A stretch of DNA of 64,000 nt, taken from a virus. Made by a program: the position numbers and the translations under genes. Positions 18,540-26,455 of this stretch are shown here, piece after piece. Position 1 is the first letter of the stretch; each line of letters opens with the position of its first letter. Location of the stretch: IMG/VR virus record IMGVR_UViG_3300035703_000047, positions 1 through 64,000 of that record. One strand, 5' to 3'. The notes under the pieces are model-generated. The model did no database searches, was not told the origin of the DNA, and saw only the letters and a list, made by a program, of their open reading frames with translations.

Positions 18540-18915
18540 CTCCGTTGGATTCGATTAATTGTACACTACTTTCTTCAATGATTTCCGTTTTTTGATCCTC
18601 TACACTCAAATTCATTTTTGTTTCGTAAGATGTTTTAATCCATTCGTGAGGATTTACAATAGTAATCACCCAATCGGGATTAATTGCAACAGTTTTATCT
18701 TGAGATAAAACAATCCAAGGATAAAAAGAAACTCTATGTTCTACTTCACTATTAAGTGCGATTCCGGTTTCCATCAATAATTCCGGAGTCAAAAGTTTAA
18801 CAACGTAAGGATTGGAAAAAACCAAAGAAATCACTTCCTCTTTTTCATTAACATACTCTTTAATATCTGCAATAATATTTTCTCCAGATTTTAATAGTAC
18901 CAATTTAACCGACAT
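18523..18915 (-). CDS. Conserved hypothetical protein (Sm-like fold possible)
   Basis: Probable start MSVKLVLLKSGENIIA after a GGAG SD. Confidence 0.75.
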   Translation of the reverse strand: MSVKLVLLKSGENIIADIKEYVNEKEEVISLVFSNPYVVKLLTPELLMETGIALNSEVEHRVSFYPWIVLSQDKTVAINPDWVITIVNPHEWIKTSYETKMNLSVEDQKTEIIEESSVQLIESNGDGENG

Positions 18916-18936
18916 AATTACTCCATACCTTTTATT

Positions 18937-18965
18937 ACGATACCACAAAAAAAGGGGGGTGTCAA
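18937..18965 (-). promoter_or_regulatory. Sigma70-type promoter for the gp43 operon
   Basis: TTGACA-17 nt-TATCGT with TG extension. Confidence 0.6.
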
Positions 18966-18988
18966 CTGGATTTTGCCAGTCCACCCCT
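18947..18988 (-). terminator. Long hairpin terminator downstream of hsp20 and the 60-aa gene
   Basis: GGGGTG-GACTGG-CAAAAT-CCAGTT-GA-CACCCC then CC and T7. Confidence 0.75.
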
Positions 18989-19014
18989 TAGCGCCGACGA
19001 TATTCATAGAATAT

Positions 19015-19197
19015 TTAGTCGCCGTTACCACCATCGGAATCACCACCCCCGCCTGGATTCTTAGGCATAGCTTTTCCTGCAGAGACTGTTTTTGATTTAC
19101 CAGTCAACGGATTGTAGATTTTATGTCTAACGGCAGCAGGGTAAGAAATCTGTTTAATGTTTCCGACTTGTTCTAAGAACTGCTTAAAGGATTTCAT
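19015..19197 (-). CDS. 60-aa protein with a CTS-like leader (MKSFKQFLEQ)
   Basis: Overlaps the hsp20 end; AAGG SD. Confidence 0.65.
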   Translation of the reverse strand: MKSFKQFLEQVGNIKQISYPAAVRHKIYNPLTGKSKTVSAGKAMPKNPGGGGDSDGGNGD

Positions 19198-19621
19198 ACA
19201 CCTTTCGTTTCTGATGTTCAGGAATAATCCTATTTAGTTTGATGTGGAGAAGACCATCCTCAAACTTAACATCAGATACTTTAACATCGTCGGAAAGTGT
19301 CCAAGTCCTCGTAAAGGCCCTCTTTGCAAGACCATTGTGAAGATATTCTCCTAGATCCGAAGTTTCCCCCTTCTTCGCTTCAACGAAGAGTTTATTCCAT
19401 TCAGTGAAAACTTCAATATCTTCTCTTTTATATCCCGCAAGAGCAATCTCTAAACGAAACTCAGTTTCGCTCTCCTTAATCAAATTATATGGTGGATAGT
19501 TCGTTGAAGTTTCATGAACCGTTCCCAAACGGTTGAACCATTCATCCATACCAATACTGTATTTTTCAACATCATTTAAAAATTTGTCAATGTTAGCCGT
19601 GTTGTATTTTGCGAGTAACAT
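19184..19621 (-). CDS. hsp20: Small heat shock protein
   Basis: NYPPYNL, ALAGY, FTRTWTL, DGLLHI alpha-crystallin motifs. Confidence 0.95.
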   Translation of the reverse strand: MLLAKYNTANIDKFLNDVEKYSIGMDEWFNRLGTVHETSTNYPPYNLIKESETEFRLEIALAGYKREDIEVFTEWNKLFVEAKKGETSDLGEYLHNGLAKRAFTRTWTLSDDVKVSDVKFEDGLLHIKLNRIIPEHQKRKVYEIL

Positions 19622-19710
19622 GATAGACCTCCTTAAGCGTCTGTTAGGTTGAATTACGGATCCGAAGACTCCGCTTTAGAGTATGGGCGGTAGAATTACC
19701 CGACCCATCG
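19622..19710 (-). promoter_or_regulatory. Three-hairpin 5' leader of hsp20, candidate RNA thermometer
   Basis: Stems at 19683-19708, 19656-19674 (C-UUCG-G loop) and an SD-occluding stem at 19625-19642. Confidence 0.6.
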
Positions 19711-19730
19711 TTATTATATATCCAGATATT

Positions 19731-19765
19731 AAAAAAGAGGAAGGGTGTAAAACCGATCCTCTTTT
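19731..19765 (-). terminator. Terminator after regA
   Basis: AAAAGAGGA...TCCTCTTTT-TT. Confidence 0.6.
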
Positions 19766-19784
19766 GTTGGGTATACCGAAAATA

Positions 19785-20216
19785 TCAGGGTTCTACCTTT
19801 TTTTTCTTACCGATATTGTACTTACTCTCAAGAACCCAATCTCCCTTATCCTTATAAGAAAGGACTTTGATTTGATTGAGAGGAGCTACATCAGTGATAG
19901 AATCTGGTTTTACAATAGTAACTAAACCCCAATCCGAAATTAGATTGATAATTCTATTGCGTCTCTGAACGTCATTCACAGTAAGATTTGCATGTTTGCC
20001 ATCAAGGGCAAACAATTCTTTGAAGTGAACGATATAATATCTACCTTGCTTATGCAAAATATGACAAGATTGATAAATCTTTTTTTCTTTGCGTGAGGCA
20101 ACACCAATACGGGTGAGCGTTTCACGGACTTTCAGAAAATCGTCTGGTTCATTAAGAACCACTTCAACCATTTGATCTTGTGACCAACTGACTTCAGGTT
20201 CAACAAAGGTACTCAT
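19785..20216 (-). CDS. regA: Translational repressor RegA
   Basis: DDFLKVRETLTRIG, QSCHILHKQGRYYIVHFKELF. Confidence 0.96.
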   Translation of the reverse strand: MSTFVEPEVSWSQDQMVEVVLNEPDDFLKVRETLTRIGVASRKEKKIYQSCHILHKQGRYYIVHFKELFALDGKHANLTVNDVQRRNRIINLISDWGLVTIVKPDSITDVAPLNQIKVLSYKDKGDWVLESKYNIGKKKKVEP

Positions 20217-20602
20217 CTTTTGCCTCCAACATCAAGTTTTGATTTGATATAATTAATTTGATCTTTTGTTAGAATTTTCAGTGCTTGTTGGGCCTTTTCA
20301 TTACTATAACCATAGTACGATTTGACTGCATCAAGGTCTTGAATCTTCTCTTTTTTAAGCCACGGAGAAAATCTTTTCCGTTTCCTGACACTATTTAGTA
20401 AAAAATCATATTGCAACTTTGAAGGCAACCCATGATTCATGTTCATTTCATTTGCAAACATGATCGTATCAATGTGACCCGACATACATTTATTAACAAC
20501 GAATGCAGGATATTTTTTTTCCCACTGCGGATCTTCATTCTCCATCAAATATTCTTTTGTAAAATTGATGGAATTTAGATAGTCTTTAAGTTCGTAACTC
20601 AT
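20213..20602 (-). CDS. gp62: Clamp loader small subunit
   Basis: LQYDFLLNSVRKRKRFSPW, YYGYSNEKA. Confidence 0.92.
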   Translation of the reverse strand: MSYELKDYLNSINFTKEYLMENEDPQWEKKYPAFVVNKCMSGHIDTIMFANEMNMNHGLPSKLQYDFLLNSVRKRKRFSPWLKKEKIQDLDAVKSYYGYSNEKAQQALKILTKDQINYIKSKLDVGGKR

Positions 20603-21720
20603 CGGATAATATCAATAGAATCTGGATTTTTATTCCAAGTCTCAAGTTCAGTACGAAGACGACCTTCGGACTTCAGAGTTTCATAACGATTAGAAGCTTT
20701 TTTCTTCCACCAATTTACGAGATGATCAAAATGAAACTTGTCATAATTTTGACCGGGACGCAATATTTCTTCCTGTCCAAGAATAACCTCACGAGAATTC
20801 TCAAAACCATAATCAGAAATATAAAATCTCTTTTGTTCAGTCAGATTTTTTGCATTTGCAATCGCAGTCTGGAACTCCACAACCTTTTGAGAAGGTAAGC
20901 TCTTTTTGATGATTGAGATCATTCGTTGTTGTGTTTTGAGTTTGCGACTCGATGCGTCCTCCTTTACCAAACCCTGATTGTTGTTCCTCTGAATAAACCA
21001 TTTGTTTAACTCCTGAAAGATTTCATCATGGAGCAGAGGAGTAAAATCACTTTGAGTAAGACCCTTGTACCTCATATAAGGTTTCAAACCATCATACTGA
21101 GATGAGGCTTTGGTAGAACCATAAAGAGAAGTAGTCTCAAATGAACAAATATCTGATCCATACTTCTTATTTAATGTTTCACGAGCAGTATGCGAACAAC
21201 AAAGAAGTGCAAGAAGTTTACCTCCAAGATAATTGAATCCAAAGGGTTGAGTGGGAACAATAATGAATCCCATAATTGCATGACGATTGAACCTAGACAA
21301 CTCTGGGGTTTGTCCAAGCCAATCATTACGAGGTTTAGAATTAATAGTAGGAGAACCAAAACGACAGAATCCAACGATCTTCTGTGTATTAGTTTCTTGC
21401 ACAATCCACTTTAAAGACTTGCCGGGAATACTATCCTCAATCGCGTGAGAAGTAGTGATCTGCAATCTTTCATTAAAATATTCATTTGTAAATCCACCCT
21501 TCTCTCCTGCAGGATAAACTTTGAAGTTCATATCCTGTGGGTGCATGTCAAATGCATCAAACATATCATCCTCGGGACCAATCCCAAGGATAGATGAAGG
21601 CATTTGTTCCATTCTATCCAGTTTCACATTACGCAGATATTCATCAATCCTTCCCATGTTAGAGAAATAATCAATAAATTTATCCGCTGCGTAAATCGCA
21701 TCATCAAGTTCTAGTTGCAT
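20599..21720 (-). CDS. DUF4338/DruA-like protein (GNAT-like)
   Basis: IVPTQPFGFNYLGGKLLAL, ETTSLYG, SQYDGL motifs. Confidence 0.65.
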   Translation of the reverse strand: MQLELDDAIYAADKFIDYFSNMGRIDEYLRNVKLDRMEQMPSSILGIGPEDDMFDAFDMHPQDMNFKVYPAGEKGGFTNEYFNERLQITTSHAIEDSIPGKSLKWIVQETNTQKIVGFCRFGSPTINSKPRNDWLGQTPELSRFNRHAIMGFIIVPTQPFGFNYLGGKLLALLCCSHTARETLNKKYGSDICSFETTSLYGSTKASSQYDGLKPYMRYKGLTQSDFTPLLHDEIFQELNKWFIQRNNNQGLVKEDASSRKLKTQQRMISIIKKSLPSQKVVEFQTAIANAKNLTEQKRFYISDYGFENSREVILGQEEILRPGQNYDKFHFDHLVNWWKKKASNRYETLKSEGRLRTELETWNKNPDSIDIIR

Positions 21721-21721
21721 A

Positions 21722-22018
21722 TCAGAGAATCAGTTTCTTTTCACCAGGAGTTACGAGTTTACTCCCATAGATTTCATTATACTTGTTTTTAATTTGACTA
21801 TCAACATCTGCAATATAAACCACAAAGTTTTTAGAAACCTGAACTTCGGGATTATCTTTATCAATTACAGGAGTCCACGGAGCAAATCCAACACCACCTT
21901 GAGCTGTTGGAAGAACTACAAGACCATTTTTAAGAGTGACAGAAGTATCTGTTTCGGAAACTAGTTCCGCAACGACTTCTTCACCTGTAGAAATACGAAA
22001 TAGTTTTACATTAATCAT
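21722..22018 (-). CDS. Conserved hypothetical protein (Sm-like fold possible)
   Basis: STGEEVVAE...GFAPW pattern. Confidence 0.75.
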   Translation of the reverse strand: MINVKLFRISTGEEVVAELVSETDTSVTLKNGLVVLPTAQGGVGFAPWTPVIDKDNPEVQVSKNFVVYIADVDSQIKNKYNEIYGSKLVTPGEKKLIL

Positions 22019-22590
22019 ATGAAATGTTCCTCAAGTACACCATAATTTTGCATAATTTCCGAAGAATATGAATCTGGATTTTTTCCCTTACCATCCACTT
22101 CCATATTCATGAGTGGGGATTTACCAAATTTCCTTTGGTATTGATAAATTTCGTAATGTTCCCTACTGATCATCCAGGATTTAAGACAATGATCCGGATC
22201 TTCTTTTGGTGGACAAATAAATCCAACCCACAATGGGATACCCGTAAGAGTTCCATTCAAAACATCATCACCACACCCATACCGTTCAACAAAAAGTTCA
22301 TACTTCTTTTCGTTGCAAATACCAGTTGTCAAAGGTTTGTGGTGGGAAGTCATTCTTTTATGAAGATGAGTTCTCAACTTACCTTTATGACCATTTTGTT
22401 TATCGTAATAGAATGGAGTTGTTCCACCAGATTCTCCAATGTAAACACATCCCTCAAAATCTGAAGGACATTCTGATGGTTTTGGCATAGTTTCATTCCA
22501 CACAAAACCATAAACTGCACCTCGCATTCCCACGATGTCAGCAAGTTTATGATAATCGGTAAAACGAATCCAGTGAGTATAAGGGATCAT
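22015..22590 (-). CDS. GIY-YIG-like protein
   Basis: GAVYGF...CVYIGES, RM..H, late E...PLMN. Confidence 0.6.
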   Translation of the reverse strand: MIPYTHWIRFTDYHKLADIVGMRGAVYGFVWNETMPKPSECPSDFEGCVYIGESGGTTPFYYDKQNGHKGKLRTHLHKRMTSHHKPLTTGICNEKKYELFVERYGCGDDVLNGTLTGIPLWVGFICPPKEDPDHCLKSWMISREHYEIYQYQRKFGKSPLMNMEVDGKGKNPDSYSSEIMQNYGVLEEHFI

Positions 22591-23537
22591 TTGAATTCAC
22601 ACTCCACCATGATTTCAGTCAAAGCTGCAAGAATATTCACTTCCTGGTCAGCCACGAACGCACATTGGTATTGATACTTAGCAATAATAAGAACGGCAGC
22701 AGGAATAGTTTGGGGTGAAAGATGGTCAAAAGCGGCGTCATAAACCCTGCGAAGTAGACTACTAGCATCGTTGTCCAAGTTCCCGACCACCCACTTTCGG
22801 ACTTCAGTAAAGTTTTTAGTTTTGAGATTCTTAACAAGTTCATTGATATTTACATCAGAAAATTCAGCAAGAATTGCAGAGTCAATCTTTCCACCAGCAG
22901 AGTACCGTTGACACTCGTTTAGGACTCGTCTCCAGTCTGGGAAGTGTTTGTTGATGAGTTCTGCAAGGACTTTAGGATCATATTGTACACTTTCCGCATC
23001 CAAGATGTTTTGTATACGCTTGAAGAAGGATCCTGCCAACTGGGCTTTTTCTTTTCCTTTGATACTGAACTCAACGACTGCACAACGGGAGTGGAGTGGT
23101 TCAATGATTTTGTTTTTGTAGTTGCAAGTGAAGATGAACCTACAGTTGTTATAAAACGTCTCAATATTAGCCCGTAGAAGGAGTTGTACATCGTGGGTTG
23201 TGTTATCAGCCTCATCAATGATGATGACTTTGTGTTTTGCATCACCCGCAGAAAGTGAGACGGTCGAAGCAAAGTTCTTTGCTTGGTTCCGTACCGTGTC
23301 CAGAAATCGTCCTTCGTCAGATCCATTGATGACATAGTAATCTACTCCCAGTTCTTCACACAGAGCTTTTGCAACTGTGGTTTTCCCACAACCTGCCGGA
23401 CCAGCAAGCATCAGGTTTGGAATTTCTTTGTTATTTAGAAACTCCAAAAAAGTCTTTTTGTTTGCATCTGGGAGAATGCAATCTTCAATTTTACGTGGGC
23501 GATATTTCTCAACCCACAGAAATTCATCACGACTCAT
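22587..23537 (-). CDS. gp44: Clamp loader large subunit
   Basis: LWVEKYRP, GPAGCGKT, IIDEAD, SRC. Confidence 0.96.
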   Translation of the reverse strand: MSRDEFLWVEKYRPRKIEDCILPDANKKTFLEFLNNKEIPNLMLAGPAGCGKTTVAKALCEELGVDYYVINGSDEGRFLDTVRNQAKNFASTVSLSAGDAKHKVIIIDEADNTTHDVQLLLRANIETFYNNCRFIFTCNYKNKIIEPLHSRCAVVEFSIKGKEKAQLAGSFFKRIQNILDAESVQYDPKVLAELINKHFPDWRRVLNECQRYSAGGKIDSAILAEFSDVNINELVKNLKTKNFTEVRKWVVGNLDNDASSLLRRVYDAAFDHLSPQTIPAAVLIIAKYQYQCAFVADQEVNILAALTEIMVECEFK

Positions 23538-23540
23538 AAT

Positions 23541-24053
23541 TTAGATCCAATCAGGTTTACGTTCGGGCATACGGAGGTAATTATCCTTCACCCAAGGTTT
23601 GGAAGCAATATACCTTTTATAAGCAGTAAAGGTATCAATAGTATCATCAAATTTCCACTCTTCTGGCATTGCACGAGCAAATGGAGTTACTTCTGTAATC
23701 TTTCCCTTTGGAAAAAGATAGTAAGCATCTACAAGAGTCTTGTAACAAGAGTGCGTTTTATTATAACGCAATGCATATTCATCCGCAAGATTCATTCCCC
23801 ACTTGATCAACCAATAGGCATTGTGGATACTATCCATTGCCCATTTGGTACAGGGATGATTACGAAACGCACCTTTTTCAGTTCGGTAGGGAGTACCATC
23901 AGTCTTAGGGAGAGTGCCGTAGTTATGACCCCATTTTTCAGATGCCACGATGGAGAGCATTTGGCAGCACTCCAGCGGCATCTTGACAATGTGTTTATCG
24001 GGAAGACAGACAGCACTCTCTGCAGGCCAGGGAGAAGTTACAAAGATGTTCAT
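23541..24053 (-). CDS. Pyrimidine dimer DNA glycosylase family protein
   Basis: MNIF...DKHIVKMPLE..QMLS, NHPCTKW. Confidence 0.75.
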   Translation of the reverse strand: MNIFVTSPWPAESAVCLPDKHIVKMPLECCQMLSIVASEKWGHNYGTLPKTDGTPYRTEKGAFRNHPCTKWAMDSIHNAYWLIKWGMNLADEYALRYNKTHSCYKTLVDAYYLFPKGKITEVTPFARAMPEEWKFDDTIDTFTAYKRYIASKPWVKDNYLRMPERKPDWI

Positions 24054-24070
24054 AATATAGGTGAGTTACC

Positions 24071-24760
24071 TCACTCATCATAGGTGGAGTCGGGTTCCAA
24101 AGCAATGTAATATGTAAGATTCTTATCCTCGGACTGAAAACGAGACAAAAGTTTCTTAGAGATCACAACCTCATAAGAACCAGGAAGGATCTTAATATTC
24201 TCAACCTTAAAGTTCAGAACGAAAGTACCAATAGTCTCTCCAACAATTAGTGAATATTCGTTAGAAGTATCGTTTTTCTTGTCACGAACAACGAGTTTCA
24301 CAACACCCGCTTCACCAACTACAGATAGGTCAGGAACACCATAAACTGATGCAGCCTTAAGAAGTTTATCAAGTTGTTGAGTGTTTAGCTCGAAACAAAC
24401 ATCTTCAGAAGGAAGAGAAATAGATTTATCTGGAGGAGTCACAATCACTGCTGGATCTGCAAAGAAATACTTGGATCGTGCATTACCCTCACTGACAGTC
24501 ACATAACTATCGTTAGCAAACTTAAGTTGGGGATTTTGATAGAGAGACATTGCATTCAGAAACTGATTCAGATCATAAATGCCGAAGTCGCGTTCAAATT
24601 CCTCTTCAACTTCTACTTCTGCAAGAATATTCTTCATCACAGAAATAGTGCGAAGTTTATTACCTTTCTTAAAGAGGATTGACTGGTTAATACCAGAGAA
24701 GTTCTTGAGAAGAGAGAGAGTTTTTTCAGAGAGTTTCATAGTTTTGTCTTTAAGTTTCAC
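24071..24760 (-). CDS. gp45: DNA polymerase sliding clamp
   Basis: LLKNFSGINQS, FGIYDLNQFL, YYIALE. Confidence 0.95.
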   Translation of the reverse strand: MKLKDKTMKLSEKTLSLLKNFSGINQSILFKKGNKLRTISVMKNILAEVEVEEEFERDFGIYDLNQFLNAMSLYQNPQLKFANDSYVTVSEGNARSKYFFADPAVIVTPPDKSISLPSEDVCFELNTQQLDKLLKAASVYGVPDLSVVGEAGVVKLVVRDKKNDTSNEYSLIVGETIGTFVLNFKVENIKILPGSYEVVISKKLLSRFQSEDKNLTYYIALEPDSTYDE

Positions 24761-25188
24761 TTGTTTTCAATAAGGTTAAGATGATTAATCAACAGAATTG
24801 TGTAGTGAAGAACCTTGAACAAATCTGCACGGGGAGTACCTTTAGTATCATAACGATCAATATACTTAGTCACATTACCAGCACAAAATCCCTCACGGCG
24901 ATTGTGTTTGATTTTATCAAGGGTTTGATCTTTACCACCACCAGTACGATCTACATAATGTTGTCGATAAGTACTTGCAATATACTCTTCAAGTTGCTTG
25001 AGAATTTTATCTTCGTTATATTTCCAAAAACCGTTTTTGTTTGTATCTTCAGTCATGTTCAAATTAAAAGTAATAGTATCGGGAGAAGAATAAGGATTTC
25101 CAGTCAAACTAATCCCATCATAATTCCAGAAGTCTTGAGTTGGAATAGAACTTTCATACGTGCTTTCAAAGTTTTCAGGCATTTTCAA
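24757..25188 (-). CDS. DUF3310-like hypothetical protein
   Basis: TYRQHY, FCAGNVTKY..RY..KG...DLFK..HY. Confidence 0.7.
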   Translation of the reverse strand: MKMPENFESTYESSIPTQDFWNYDGISLTGNPYSSPDTITFNLNMTEDTNKNGFWKYNEDKILKQLEEYIASTYRQHYVDRTGGGKDQTLDKIKHNRREGFCAGNVTKYIDRYDTKGTPRADLFKVLHYTILLINHLNLIENK

Positions 25189-25232
25189 TCATAGTAAAAG
25201 AACAAAGAGAGGAGGCACATTTACCTCTCCCA

Positions 25233-25261
25233 ATTATATCAGAAAGGAGCGGGTTGGTCAA
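25233..25261 (-). promoter_or_regulatory. Sigma70-type promoter at the cobS 3' end
   Basis: TTGACC-17 nt-TATAAT. Confidence 0.7.
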
Positions 25262-26369
25262 CGTATTCTACGGTCAGTTCAGGACCAGTAGAAGGCATTT
25301 GGAAATCAGCATCCACTTTATCATACAGTTCCAGGAAGGACTGTTTGGTCTCATCGTCGAAACGATTCACACACACTTGGATTGCCTTTGCCTTGTCTTG
25401 GAAGATGCTGTAAGCACGGATGATATGAACCAGACGGCGAGTGCTGATGATTTCCTCAATACCACCATCATAGAAGGTCTTGCGGATGATGTCTGCCCAA
25501 TCAGCAAGACGTTTGCAGAAATCAGTCTCACTAATGTTCAAAGATTCAGTAACCTTTTCAAGAATCTTAACTTCATTGGAAACTGAAGGATATTCCTGTT
25601 CAAGAGTCACCGGAAAACGTTCTAGGAACGCCTCGTTGAGCACGTTGGTGCCGATGAACCTACCGTCATCAGAACCCTTGCCTTTAGTGTTTGCGGTGGC
25701 AATCACGTTGAATCCCGCAGCAGGTTTTACGAACTTACCGATCTTTTTCAGGAAGACACCTTTACCTTCTAACACGGATTGTAGGCAAAGGATTTTGTTG
25801 GAGGCAAGGTCAATCTCGTCAAGGAGCAGGATCGCTCCACGCTGGAGTGCTTCAATCACAGGACCATTATGCCAAACAGTAGCACCATCCACAAGACGGA
25901 AACCACCGATAAGATCGTCTTCATCAGTTTCAATAGTAATGTTTACGCGGATTAGTTCACGCTTAAGTTGAGCACACGCTTGCTCCACAGAGAACGTTTT
26001 ACCATTACCCGAAAGACCCGTAATGAACGTAGGATAAAAGAGACGGGACTGAATAATGCGTTTAATGTCTTTAAAATTACCAAACTGGACGAAGGTATCA
26101 TCTTTATCGGGAATAAGATTTTGTTCAGCAGCAGGAAGAACGGCAGGAGCACTAAAAGAACGTTCAATCTCCTCAACACGTTCTTGAGTCACTTCTAGAT
26201 TCCAACGACCACGAGCAGTCTTGAAGTTTTCCAAACGACGAGTAACAGTAGGATATGAAAGATTATTCATTGCACAATAGGCTTTGATATCACCGGAAGT
26301 GATTTCAATTCCATAAGCAGATTTAAGGCCTTCAAGAACTTGATCGTCAGTCATTTTGGTACGAGACAT
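25239..26369 (-). CDS. cobS: CobS-like MoxR-family AAA+ ATPase
   Basis: GLSGNGKT, LLDEID, TANTKGKG, NEAFLERF. Confidence 0.9.
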   Translation of the reverse strand: MSRTKMTDDQVLEGLKSAYGIEITSGDIKAYCAMNNLSYPTVTRRLENFKTARGRWNLEVTQERVEEIERSFSAPAVLPAAEQNLIPDKDDTFVQFGNFKDIKRIIQSRLFYPTFITGLSGNGKTFSVEQACAQLKRELIRVNITIETDEDDLIGGFRLVDGATVWHNGPVIEALQRGAILLLDEIDLASNKILCLQSVLEGKGVFLKKIGKFVKPAAGFNVIATANTKGKGSDDGRFIGTNVLNEAFLERFPVTLEQEYPSVSNEVKILEKVTESLNISETDFCKRLADWADIIRKTFYDGGIEEIISTRRLVHIIRAYSIFQDKAKAIQVCVNRFDDETKQSFLELYDKVDADFQMPSTGPELTVEYVDQPAPF

Positions 26370-26396
26370 TTGGTGGTGTGTTTCTCAACTGAAGCT

Positions 26397-26455
26397 ATAA
26401 TACCACCATACAAGGGGGGTGGACGGAGGGGTGTGCCACTTTTCAAACTGGACAC
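26397..26455 (-). promoter_or_regulatory. Upstream box plus -10 promoter of cobS
   Basis: GTGTCCAGTTTGAAAAGTGGCACA-29 nt-TATTAT. Confidence 0.6.

Noticed and set aside
20599-21720. Complete Druantia defence system
   Set aside because: Only a DruA-like gene is present; no DruE-like helicase or other partners nearby
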